Assembly (NCBI GenBank): GCA_963666345.1
Contig: OY762721.1
Span: 1,760,001 to 1,824,000 of the forward strand
Length of the DNA stretch: 64,000 bases
Reading direction: 5' to 3'
From: Desulfatiglandales bacterium
GTDB taxonomy: Bacteria > Desulfobacterota > DSM-4660 > Desulfatiglandales > Desulfatiglandaceae
Below are positions 8,619 to 17,626 of this stretch, piece by piece. Each line of letters opens with the position of its first letter. Position 1 is the stretch's first letter. A program made the translations under genes and the position numbers. The notes below the pieces were generated by a model, which searched no databases, had not been told where the DNA came from, and saw only the letters and a list, made by a program, of their open reading frames with translations.

Positions 8619-9398
8619 ATGATAAGGCTTGAAAAGGTAACCAAGACTTTCTCAAAGGGCACGATAGACGAAAAGACGGCAATAAACGGATTAAGCCTTC
8701 ACGTCCGGAAGGGGGACTTTATAACCGTCATCGGGAGCAACGGCGCCGGCAAGACCACATTTTTGAACCTTATCTCCGGCACCTTCAGACCTGATGACGG
8801 TGTTATCTTTATTGACGGCTCCGACGTGACCCATCTGCCTGAACACAAGCGTGCAAGATATCTCGGCAGGATCTTTCAGGACCCCTTGATGGGAACGGCC
8901 TCATCCATGACCATCGAGGAAAACCTTGCCATGGCCGACCTGCGCGGAAGCCCCAGGGGACTCAAGTGGGGGGTCACAAAAGCGCTCAGGGAACACTACC
9001 GGCACACACTCAGCATACTTGAGCTCGGGCTCGAAACCAGGCTGAAAGACACGGTCAGCCTCCTTTCCGGGGGCCAGCGCCAGTCAATGACACTCCTTAT
9101 GGTCACGCTGTCTCTGCCGAAACTCCTGCTTCTGGATGAACATACCGCGGCCCTTGATCCCAAAACAGCCCAGAAGGTCATGGACCTTACCAAGAAGATC
9201 GTTGAGAAGAACAACCTTACGACCATCATGGTGACTCACAACATGCAGCAGGCCATCAGGTACGGGAACCGCATGATCATGCTGCACGAGGGGGGAATCC
9301 AGTTTGATATCGAGGGAGAGGAAAAATCGGCCCTCACGGTCGAGGGGGTGGTCAGAAGGTTCGGGGCCGAACTAAAGGATGAGGCCTTACTGGTATAG
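8619..9398 (+). CDS. ABC transporter ATP-binding protein
   Basis: GSNGAGKTT, LSGGQRQ and LLLLDEHTAALDP. Confidence 0.95.
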   Translation: MIRLEKVTKTFSKGTIDEKTAINGLSLHVRKGDFITVIGSNGAGKTTFLNLISGTFRPDDGVIFIDGSDVTHLPEHKRARYLGRIFQDPLMGTASSMTIEENLAMADLRGSPRGLKWGVTKALREHYRHTLSILELGLETRLKDTVSLLSGGQRQSMTLLMVTLSLPKLLLLDEHTAALDPKTAQKVMDLTKKIVEKNNLTTIMVTHNMQQAIRYGNRMIMLHEGGIQFDIEGEEKSALTVEGVVRRFGAELKDEALLV

Positions 9399-9440
9399 GT
9401 GCAGGTGTAAATGCCTGACCTCCAACATCAGGAGACTGTA

Positions 9441-10361
9441 ATGCTTGAAAATAGAATCGTCTTTTTAAACGGAGATTTCATCCCCTGGGACCGGGCCACG
9501 GTTCACATCATGAGCCACAGCTTCGGCCGGGGGTCCGCCATCTTCGAGGTGCTCGGCCTTCATGAAACCAAGGAAGGTCCTGCTGTCTTCAGGCTCGATC
9601 GCCACATTGAGCGCCTCTTTAAAAGTGCCGAGCTTCTAGAAATGGAGGTCCCGATCTCCCGGGAAAAGCTTTATGAGGCGGTTATGGCCACAATCAGGCA
9701 GAACATGCTCACCCAAGGCTTTATCAAGATAATCGGTTTCTTTCCCCAGATATCCTTTGAAATCACCCCTCCCCAGAAGAGGCTCGACATCTCGATCTTT
9801 GTTGTCGATCCCGCTCAGGACCTGGGAGGTCTTGACTTCCCTGTTGAAGAAGGCACCACGATCTGCATCTCCGGCTGGCGCAAGCTCGACCCGCAGACGG
9901 TACCTGTCGAGGCCAAGGTGGCGGCAAACTACCTGAACGGGATGATGGCCCGATTAGAGGCTGGAAAGCGCGGATTTGAAAACGTGGTCATGCTCGACAC
10001 CCAGGGCTTCATTGCCGAAGGGGGCACAGAGTCCATTTTTCTGGTAAAAGATAATAGACTCATGACCCCGTCGCTGGGAACCGTCCTTGCGAGCATCACC
10101 CGCAGATCCATTCTGAGCGCCGCAAAGACCCTGGGCATGGAAACGGTTGAAGAGCGCCTGCCCCCGGACCTGCTTTTAGAGGCGGACGAGATATTTCTGT
10201 CCGGCACCCCGTTTAAGGTCCTGCCGGTAAAGCAGGTGGAAGACAGGGTGATCGAGGCTACGCCGGGGCCAATCACCCGAAGGCTCTCCACCCTGATGGA
10301 TGAGATAATCACGGGCCGGGATGAACGCTTCAAACAGTGGTTCTTTCCTGTCAAAGGTTGA
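9441..10361 (+). CDS. class IV (branched-chain-type) aminotransferase
   Basis: AVFRLDRHIERL, AKVAANY and EIFLSGT motifs; alternative start at 9411. Confidence 0.9.
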   Translation: MLENRIVFLNGDFIPWDRATVHIMSHSFGRGSAIFEVLGLHETKEGPAVFRLDRHIERLFKSAELLEMEVPISREKLYEAVMATIRQNMLTQGFIKIIGFFPQISFEITPPQKRLDISIFVVDPAQDLGGLDFPVEEGTTICISGWRKLDPQTVPVEAKVAANYLNGMMARLEAGKRGFENVVMLDTQGFIAEGGTESIFLVKDNRLMTPSLGTVLASITRRSILSAAKTLGMETVEERLPPDLLLEADEIFLSGTPFKVLPVKQVEDRVIEATPGPITRRLSTLMDEIITGRDERFKQWFFPVKG

Positions 10362-10531
10362 CGGCTTCGTAAAAAGTCCAATCCCGCGACACGCGGGATT
10401 ATGCTTCATCTTTCGTCATTACGATCCCGCTGCAAGCGGGATAAGTACGCCTCACTCCTCAAGACTTGCAGGCCTTGCATTTGAACTTTTCACTGTGCCG
10501 TCTCAATTTTGACTTTTTGCGAATGCATCAA
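10358..10531. mobile_element. MITE-like family Z (TTGACGGCTTCGTAAAAAGTC...GACTTTTTGCGAATGCATCAA)
   Basis: Imperfect ~21-bp TIRs; homologous copy at 32051-32201; lone end near 4450-4471. Confidence 0.75.
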
Positions 10532-10537
10532 GGTTAA

Positions 10538-10640
10538 TTCATCCATAAATCAAGATTTATGGACTCACGCAATCAGCTTTCAGCAAAATAGTCGGCATAT
10601 CAAATTGTCGGCTGCCTACTGATTGCCGACGCCTGCCCGC
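10538..10640. repeat. family X copy (inverted, partial)
   Basis: CATCCATAAATCAAGATTTATGGACTCACGC matches the reverse complement of ~2915-2945. Confidence 0.75.
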
Positions 10641-10840
10641 CGTGAATGTGGCGGGGCTGAAAGCAGTATACAGAAATGAGCAATTTTCGGATGGGCTGGT
10701 TAGAAGTCACTTTCTATTCTTAAAGTACCCAACGGCAACCAACGGCTCTTCCCTCCCCCTTCTGCCCTGTTCAGCCCTTTTTTGGATCAAATCGGGAGAT
10801 ATTTTCCGAAAAGTTGCATCACTTTCAGTTTTTGCAAATC

Positions 10841-10988
10841 TGCACATGTTTATGTGCATCAGGGAAGATAATTAGCTGAAATACCAAAAGATATTTCTGG
10901 CAGGATAATGCACATAAATATGTGCACGGATAAGTTTATGCACATAAAACTGTGCATCGCTGTTTTTCAATGCACATGTTTATGTGCA
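10841..10988. promoter_or_regulatory. four palindromic operator-like sites TGCACA-N6-TGTGCA
   Basis: Sites at 10841, 10909, 10939 and 10971. Confidence 0.75.
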
Positions 10989-11031
10989 TTCAGTACAAAT
11001 TCTTCCTAAATCAGCTTAATACGCCTTTATT

Positions 11032-11211
11032 TGCTTGACATGCCCACCTTTTCAGTTATGGTATTATTTATATCTTTGCTTCAAACAGCCTTCTTTTTCA
11101 AAAAAAGGGCTCTAACCATGACACTCCACCTTAAATTGTGCCCATCTCACTCCTGACGGAAGATCTCTTTTCCGTCGGGAGCGCTTTAAGGGAATCATAA
11201 TATATTTTCAG
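11032..11211 (+). promoter_or_regulatory. sigma70-like promoter plus conserved leader, copy 2
   Basis: TTGACA at 11035-11040 then TATGGTATTAT; hairpin CTCCTGACGGAA...TTCCGTCGGGAG. Confidence 0.6.
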
Positions 11212-11379
11212 AAACCCGCTTTCTGTTCGTTTGCAAACGAGCACAATTTTGACCGGTGGAGTTTCCGGCTGTTTCAGGGTGCCTCTTTTGATCAATTCTT
11301 CAGGTTGACCGCTTGCTTATATAATTACTTGCCGGGAAGCGCAGATGAAATTTATTCAACATAATAAAATGGAGGGGAA

Positions 11380-11583
11380 ATGGGAGTTGAAAACGCAGTA
11401 TGTCCCTATTGTGGCCGAGAGGTAATTGTTACGGTACCTACTGGTCACAGGTTGCGTAATATTGTGCAAAATCCAAGGTACAACCCCGCCTTTAATGAAG
11501 GCGATGACAAGCTTACGACGCAGTGGTCTAAATGCCCACATTGCAGTCATGAATTCGGAGGGGTGACGAGGGATGAATCTTGA
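11380..11583 (+). CDS. small zinc-ribbon-like protein
   Basis: CPYC...CPHC; GGAGG RBS. Confidence 0.75.
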   Translation: MGVENAVCPYCGREVIVTVPTGHRLRNIVQNPRYNPAFNEGDDKLTTQWSKCPHCSHEFGGVTRDES

Positions 11584-11658
11584 ATGTAAGAACTGGTATC
11601 TCTTTAGGTAATGAAAGCACGTTTTTTCCAATCCTTAAGCAGCAAAAAGGAGGGACAA

Positions 11659-11874
11659 ATGGCTCTCAATAACATGCCATGCCCAAAATGCATTAACGGA
11701 AAAATCCAGAAACAGGTTCCTTGCAAAAGCTGTAACGGCACCGGTTGGGCAGACTTTTCCAAAGGGAAACGTTGTACTCAATTAGGTTGCGTTAACGGGT
11801 TTGTCACCATAAGCGAACCATGTTTCACCTGCAAAGGAACGGGTTCTATTCCCGGCAAGATAACTCCTTTTTGA
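11659..11874 (+). CDS. stand-alone DnaJ-type cysteine-rich zinc finger protein
   Basis: CPKCING, CKSCNGTG, CTQLGCVNG and CFTCKGTG; AAGGAGG RBS. Confidence 0.8.
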   Translation: MALNNMPCPKCINGKIQKQVPCKSCNGTGWADFSKGKRCTQLGCVNGFVTISEPCFTCKGTGSIPGKITPF

Positions 11875-11963
11875 GTTGTGTAAAAGCAAATTAACACGCA
11901 CCCGCAAAAAGCTGGTGCTCTTTCTGGTCCGATTATTTGCAGTCATTATCGAGGTTAAATGCC

Positions 11964-12107
11964 GTGATATTATTTTTAACCGGAGTTTTCATAGGAGCGG
12001 CAATCGGAATTATCGTTATGTCTCTTCTGGCCGTTAACAGGGATTCCGATAAACATTCGGATGATTTGGGCGGATCGTTAAATGAGAAAACGGGCAAGCA
12101 GTTATAG
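11964..12107 (+). CDS. 47-aa single-TM micro-protein
   Basis: GTG start after GAGG; MILFLTGVFIGAAIGIIVMSLLAVNRD...; below the ORF track cutoff. Confidence 0.5.
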   Translation: MILFLTGVFIGAAIGIIVMSLLAVNRDSDKHSDDLGGSLNEKTGKQL

Positions 12108-12260
12108 AAAATAACATGCCCGCATCCGTTCGGACAAGGACGATAAATCCCGGAAAACTTGAACAAGAGGCTTGAAAACGCCATAAGTGTAACCTTTTCC
12201 GTTCATCAGTGATGGGAGCGGAGGCGGACCGCTAAAAACAGGCACCCAATTAGGAGGAAA

Positions 12261-12551
12261 ATGATGCTTCGTAGATTTTTTAGGAGCAAAAACAGGCTGG
12301 AATTATTTTCTATTGCCATGATTCTGCTCTTGATTATGGTGCTGATGATGCAAGTTAACAAAAACCATAGCGACTTTAAACCCATTACACGGCACTAAGT
12401 GACATCAGTGAAAAGCAACCCAAACAATATTAAAGGGCAAATAAGCAGCAGCATCGATAGAGTGAAGCAGGAGATGAAAAGGGATAAGGCAGTCAGTCTG
12501 CGGGTTGAAAAACTGATTAAGATTCTGAGCAACAGTCAAACGGAAATTTAA
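12261..12551 (+). pseudogene. membrane-anchored small protein interrupted by in-frame TAA (12396-12398)
   Basis: AGGAGG RBS; 45 codons including a TM helix, then TAA, then 50 further open codons in the same frame. Confidence 0.45.
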
Positions 12552-12581
12552 CCCTTTTCCGTTTGACTGTTTATTTTATCC

Positions 12582-12794
12582 GGTTCTTCTCCAACTAAGT
12601 TGTAGAAGAGGGTCCAAGGGTTCCCGGTTTCTTTGCTTCGCTCAGTCCCACCCCTCAACAGGCTCGGGGCGGGTTCCCAGTTTCAAGGGTTTGCTTTCCA
12701 GGGATTTGATCATCGCTTTAAGCAGTTCACTCGAACCCTCGGCTCCTTGACCCCTTGACCCCTTCTTTTGGATCAACTCTTTTGGAGATGATCC
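12582..12794 (-). mobile_element. four-helix-bundle-derived miniature element (short class)
   Basis: Reverse-complement homolog of 7412-7642. Confidence 0.7.
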
Positions 12795-12807
12795 TCTTAT
12801 CCTGATA

Positions 12808-15657
12808 TTATTGTCCTTTTTCCCCGGTTTTGCCGGACATTTCTTTCAAAATACCCTCCAGTTTGTCAAGCTCCCTTCCGTATTCGGCCCATTTCCCCTG
12901 TCGCATATAGGCCTTGGCATTGTTGTAGTATCCTATTGCCCGTTCTGCCAGATTTGCGCCTTCCGGCGTTTTAGACATGGAAGGGGAAGCCAGATGTTCC
13001 GGGGTTATTTCCTCACCCAGTATGGCACTCAGTGCCTTGTCCAGCTTATCCTCCATGATCACGCGGTTGCTGAAAGCCACGATTACCCTTTTCAGCTCCG
13101 GCAAGGCGGCGAGCTTTGCCCTGTCCTGTCCGGATAAAGCCTGACTCCCCGTAGCCTTTCCACTACCCCTTTGTTGAGTTTGCGCGGTTGCCGGAGATTC
13201 GGACTGTTCCTGTGTTGCTTCCAAATAAATCGGTTCCACATAGATAAATGAACCGCTCACTGGAATGGCTAAGAGATTGCCTCTGATGACCCTCGAACCC
13301 TTCTGGCCCCACAGGCTCAACTCCCGGGAAATTTCGGTCTGTTGATCCACCCTGGCCTCTATCTGCATGGGCCCGTAGACCAGCTTGTCTTTGGGTAATT
13401 TGTAAACCAGCAGGGTGCCGTAGTGGGGCAGGTCACTCCTGGCGGCCAGCCAGCCGATCATATTGTCCTTTCGGGAAGGGGTGAAGGGCAGCATCAGAAC
13501 AAATTCCTCCTTTTCCCCTTCGGGCAGTTTTATGATGATATAGTACGGCTTCATTTCCTGACGGGAATCTCCGTAAATCTCATCGGGAACCTGCCAGAGA
13601 TCTTCCTGGTTATAAAAGACCTGGGCATCCTGCATGTGATAGGTGGTGTAGGTCTTTGCCTGGATTTCAAAAAGGTCCCTGGGATAGCGTATGTGCCTTT
13701 TCAAATCCTCGGGCATTTCACTGAAAGGCTTGAAAAGATCCGGAAATATCTTTGCATAGGTTTTAACAATGGGATCTTTTTCATCCATTATGTAAAAGCA
13801 CACATCCCCGTTATAGGCATCAACCGTCACCTTGACGGAGTTACGGATGTAGTTAAGCGACTTGTTATTCAAGCGGTGAGGGGACCTGCGGGAATAGGGA
13901 TACATGTTGGACGTGGTGTAGGCATCCTGAATCCAGTAGAGCTTTCCCTCCGACACAACCATGTAAGGATCCCGGTCATAATCCAGAAAAGGGGCAATGG
14001 TCCCTGCACGGCGTTCAATCCGTCGATTATACATGAGCCTGCTTTCAGGGCCCAGGTATGTGGTAAAGAGTATCTGGGGATCCCTAAATTCCGTGGCAAA
14101 TAAGAGCCTTCGCAAAAAAGAATTGATATGAACGCCCCCTTTTCCCTGATAATTGGCATAGACGTTTTTGTCCCCTTTGGGATAATCAAATTCTTCGGCC
14201 CTGGTCTTTACCATGACATATTCATCGGTCTTTTCTCCGTAATAGATCTCCGGCCGGTCAATCTTCAAATCATCAACATAGGAAGGGGGCAGGTCTTTAA
14301 TAAGGAGTTGGGGAAGTCCCTCGCTGGTTACTTCATTGACCGGACTTGAGGCCAATCCGTAGCCGTGGGTATAGATCAGGTGCCTGTTGACCCAGGTATT
14401 GGCCTGCGGGGGGAGTTTATTGACCACGAGTTCACGGGCGGCCAGCATGACCTGTCTATACTGGTTATCGATTTTATATCGATCCACGTCCACGTTGTTA
14501 AAGTCGTAATACAGCCTTATGGATTGAATCTGCCTGTAGGTTTGAAGCAAAGGGCGTTCATCCCAGATCCTGATATTCTGAATCGTGACATTTTCCTTCT
14601 CGATGTCTTTCGGGCTGAGTCGCTCATTTACCTCGAAATCGACTTCTTTGATCTTATTCAGGTTGTATGCCCTGCGGGTATAATCGATATTGTAAGCGAT
14701 ATAAGGCGCTTCCTTTGCCAGTTCGTTGGGCTTGACCAGGAGCTTCTGGATAACGACAGGAAGACCGTTTGCAAGTACCACGACCGCCCCCAACCAGACG
14801 CCTAGACTTATATAGATCAGTTTCGTCCTGGGCTTGATCGCGTTCATAAAAAGGACCACTGCAAGACCCAGGGATACAAGAATCAGAACCTTGTAGACCC
14901 AGGCCTTGACATGCACGTCCGTATAGCTGGCCCCGAAGGCGGGCCCCTGGGTGGAATACAGAAGTTCGTACATTTTAAGGTGAAAACCCCACGCTAACAG
15001 CAGGGCGATGAATCCTCCCAGGAAAATAAGGTGTTTTTTAGCCTTGAGTGATATGGCAATCTTGGGCAAAGCGGGTGGTTTACCCTCTCCTTGTACAAGG
15101 TCACCGATTACTTGAACAGCGCCGTCTTTCAGGTACCATATCACGGTGAGCCCGCCTGCAAAAACGATCAAAAGCATCAGGCCGTCCCGGATGAAATTGA
15201 AAAAGGGAAGTGCGAACACATAAAAACCTATGTCCTTGTCAAAAACAGGATCCATTTGGCCGAACGGCTCCTGGTATAGATAACGCAGGACCATATCCCA
15301 TTGGGCCGCACCCTTTGAGGCGATAATAAAACTGACAATCAGGATAAATGCGACGAAAATGATATTCAGGGTGTTGGCTGAAATTCCGAATTGTGCGAAA
15401 TATTCGGCATCATACGCTAATCCCGTTCCGGCGCCTTTGGCCGGCAGACGTCTGGCCATATAAAGATTGACGGAAACAATAAGGATCAAGAGGAGCCAGA
15501 TCGCGCCGCCGAAAACGATCTTGGTCAGGAGCATGGTCCGGAAAACAGGCCAGAAGTCCAAATTCAGGAACCACAGCCAATCAGGATAAATGGAAATCAC
15601 TGACCAGAGCAAAAGCGCAACAAGGACTGCAAAGCCGATCAAGATCTTTTTCTTCAT
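12808..15657 (-). CDS. UPF0182 family membrane protein
   Basis: 949 aa; DWLWF, DPVFDKDIGFYVF, NIRIWD, YTHGYG and NYIRNSVK motifs. Confidence 0.93.
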   Translation of the reverse strand: MKKKILIGFAVLVALLLWSVISIYPDWLWFLNLDFWPVFRTMLLTKIVFGGAIWLLLILIVSVNLYMARRLPAKGAGTGLAYDAEYFAQFGISANTLNIIFVAFILIVSFIIASKGAAQWDMVLRYLYQEPFGQMDPVFDKDIGFYVFALPFFNFIRDGLMLLIVFAGGLTVIWYLKDGAVQVIGDLVQGEGKPPALPKIAISLKAKKHLIFLGGFIALLLAWGFHLKMYELLYSTQGPAFGASYTDVHVKAWVYKVLILVSLGLAVVLFMNAIKPRTKLIYISLGVWLGAVVVLANGLPVVIQKLLVKPNELAKEAPYIAYNIDYTRRAYNLNKIKEVDFEVNERLSPKDIEKENVTIQNIRIWDERPLLQTYRQIQSIRLYYDFNNVDVDRYKIDNQYRQVMLAARELVVNKLPPQANTWVNRHLIYTHGYGLASSPVNEVTSEGLPQLLIKDLPPSYVDDLKIDRPEIYYGEKTDEYVMVKTRAEEFDYPKGDKNVYANYQGKGGVHINSFLRRLLFATEFRDPQILFTTYLGPESRLMYNRRIERRAGTIAPFLDYDRDPYMVVSEGKLYWIQDAYTTSNMYPYSRRSPHRLNNKSLNYIRNSVKVTVDAYNGDVCFYIMDEKDPIVKTYAKIFPDLFKPFSEMPEDLKRHIRYPRDLFEIQAKTYTTYHMQDAQVFYNQEDLWQVPDEIYGDSRQEMKPYYIIIKLPEGEKEEFVLMLPFTPSRKDNMIGWLAARSDLPHYGTLLVYKLPKDKLVYGPMQIEARVDQQTEISRELSLWGQKGSRVIRGNLLAIPVSGSFIYVEPIYLEATQEQSESPATAQTQQRGSGKATGSQALSGQDRAKLAALPELKRVIVAFSNRVIMEDKLDKALSAILGEEITPEHLASPSMSKTPEGANLAERAIGYYNNAKAYMRQGKWAEYGRELDKLEGILKEMSGKTGEKGQ

Positions 15658-15990
15658 TATTTAGCCTCCCTCAGATATTTAAATGATAGCTTATAATACC
15701 ATTTTGTAAATCATAAATCTCTAAAACAGTGAGCTATGCTTCAGAGTAAGGGCGGCGGTCAAATCCGCAGTTGACTTTCGACTGGAGTTGACAAAAAGGC
15801 ACCGCAGCCTCAAATCAACATGCAGTTCGATAAATGGTACCACTTGAAAAACCGAGTGATAGTAACAGGCAACTATCAAATATATGACAAAAAACCGGTT
15901 AAGAGATATTGGAAAAATCAAAGGCGGGCCCCAAAATCATAAAGATTGGCGAGTGATTTATGGCCGGGGCGGAGGCTTTTTATTTGAAAG

Positions 15991-16836
15991 CTACTTTTTT
16001 ACAAGTTCCAGGAATTTGGCTTCTTCGCCCTCCACCATGCGGTAGCAGTACTTGTCCTCATCCGGGAAGCTGCCCTCCTTGACCTCTTTGACATACTCTG
16101 CCATGGCGTCCGTGATTACCCGGGCCACGTTGCAGTATTTCTTGACGAATTTTGGAGTGAAGGCCTGGAACTGGCCGATCAGATCACTGACGATCAACAG
16201 TTGCCCATCGCAGTGCGGTCCCGCCCCTATGGACAAGACCGGAATTTTCAGCTTCTGCCAGATATACTTCATCACTTCCGGCGGCACAGCTTCCACAAGC
16301 AGCATTTTGGCACCTGCCGCTTCTACGGCCAAGGCGTCTTGCACCACCAGTTTTGCAGTTTCGGCAGTGCGGCCCTGGGCTTTGTGGCCGCCAAGTTGCC
16401 CTGAGCTTTGGGGAGTAAGGCCGATGTGGCCGATAACGTTGATGCCGGCATCAGTGATTGCGCGAATGCGGCCGGTCACGCGCACGCCGCCTTCCAGCTT
16501 GACGGCATCTACATCGGCATGCTTTAAAAAACGCACGGCATTATCCACCGCCTGTTCGTCAGATGCCTGATAGCTGCCTAAGGGCATATCACCCACAACA
16601 AAGCACTCGGGTGCTCCCCGTCGCACAGCCTCGCTGTGCGCGATACATTGATCCATGGTCACAGGCATAGTGCTGTTGTACCCGTAGACGCACATCCCCA
16701 GGCTGTCACCCACCAGAATCATTTCTACCCCCGCTGCCTGGGCAAACTGAGCGGTAGGGAAGTCATATGATGTCAACCAGGTGATTTTTTCCCCTCTGGA
16801 CTTCATCTGGTAAAGATCAAAAATGCTTTTTTTCAT
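15991..16836 (-). CDS. panB: 3-methyl-2-oxobutanoate hydroxymethyltransferase
   Basis: ILVGDSLGM, VKLEGG, GHIGLTPQ and IGAGPHCDGQ. Confidence 0.97.
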   Translation of the reverse strand: MKKSIFDLYQMKSRGEKITWLTSYDFPTAQFAQAAGVEMILVGDSLGMCVYGYNSTMPVTMDQCIAHSEAVRRGAPECFVVGDMPLGSYQASDEQAVDNAVRFLKHADVDAVKLEGGVRVTGRIRAITDAGINVIGHIGLTPQSSGQLGGHKAQGRTAETAKLVVQDALAVEAAGAKMLLVEAVPPEVMKYIWQKLKIPVLSIGAGPHCDGQLLIVSDLIGQFQAFTPKFVKKYCNVARVITDAMAEYVKEVKEGSFPDEDKYCYRMVEGEEAKFLELVKK

Positions 16837-16908
16837 TGATTCACTCCTCAATGCAATGTTGAACGCGGTGGATGAACGTGCATGAGGCAGGGTTTTACGA
16901 AAAGGAAA

Positions 16909-17409
16909 TCAGGCTACCAGCTTAAATTTTCCCTTTACCGCCCCGCAGACAGGACAATTGTCAGGGGCCTCATCCTCGCTCACATAACCGCAGACCTGGC
17001 ATACGTAATAATCGGTGTGACGATCGGAGAGCATGTCGTTCATGGCCTTTTTATAAAGCCGGGCATGACGGTCTTCCACATCCCGGGACTGGGAAAAGGC
17101 CTTTACAATTTTTTCCTTTCCTTCATCAGCCGCGTCTTTGATCAGTCTGGGGTACTCCTCCACGTTTGCCTTTATCTCATTTTCAAAGGCCCTCTTCACG
17201 TTTTCCTCGGTCGACCCAATCTTTCCGCGCATCTGCAGGAGATATCTTCTGGCATGGACCGATTCCGCATCTGAAATGGCGCGAAAAAGGCGTGCTATCC
17301 GGGCGTATCCTTCAGAATCGGCCTTCATTGCAAAGGCCTCGTTCCGGACGGCGGCCTTGGATTCGGCGGCAAACGCGTAGGCAAGGTTTTTTTCCGTTTT
17401 GTCAGCCAT
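16909..17409 (-). CDS. rubrerythrin family protein
   Basis: AFAAES...AESVHA ferritin-like domain plus CQVCG...CPVCG rubredoxin domain. Confidence 0.92.
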   Translation of the reverse strand: MADKTEKNLAYAFAAESKAAVRNEAFAMKADSEGYARIARLFRAISDAESVHARRYLLQMRGKIGSTEENVKRAFENEIKANVEEYPRLIKDAADEGKEKIVKAFSQSRDVEDRHARLYKKAMNDMLSDRHTDYYVCQVCGYVSEDEAPDNCPVCGAVKGKFKLVA

Positions 17410-17431
17410 GGCTTTGACCCCCTGTTTTTTT

Positions 17432-17551
17432 TAGTGCTCGTCCATAAATCTTGATTTATGGACTCATGCCATAAGCAATCAGTGCACCAAAAAAATGGCG
17501 CACAAGCCTTCAGCAGTCAGTAAAACACTTAAGATATCAATTTGTTGGCTA
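17432..17551. repeat. family X copy (inverted)
   Basis: TAGTGCTCGTCCATAAATCTTGATTTATGGACTCA...CAGCAGTCAGTAAAAC...ATATCAATTTGTTGGCTA. Confidence 0.75.
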
Positions 17552-17626
17552 TTTACCCATACCCGAGCCTGCCCGCCAATAGATAAGGTTCTCCACCAGG
17601 GCAAGCCCTGATGGAGCAGGCCCCCC

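Noticed and set aside
10841..10988. Possible mini-CRISPR array
   Set aside because: The repeats are only 18 bp, the gaps are irregular (50, 12, 14 bp) and no cas genes are present; operator sites fit better.
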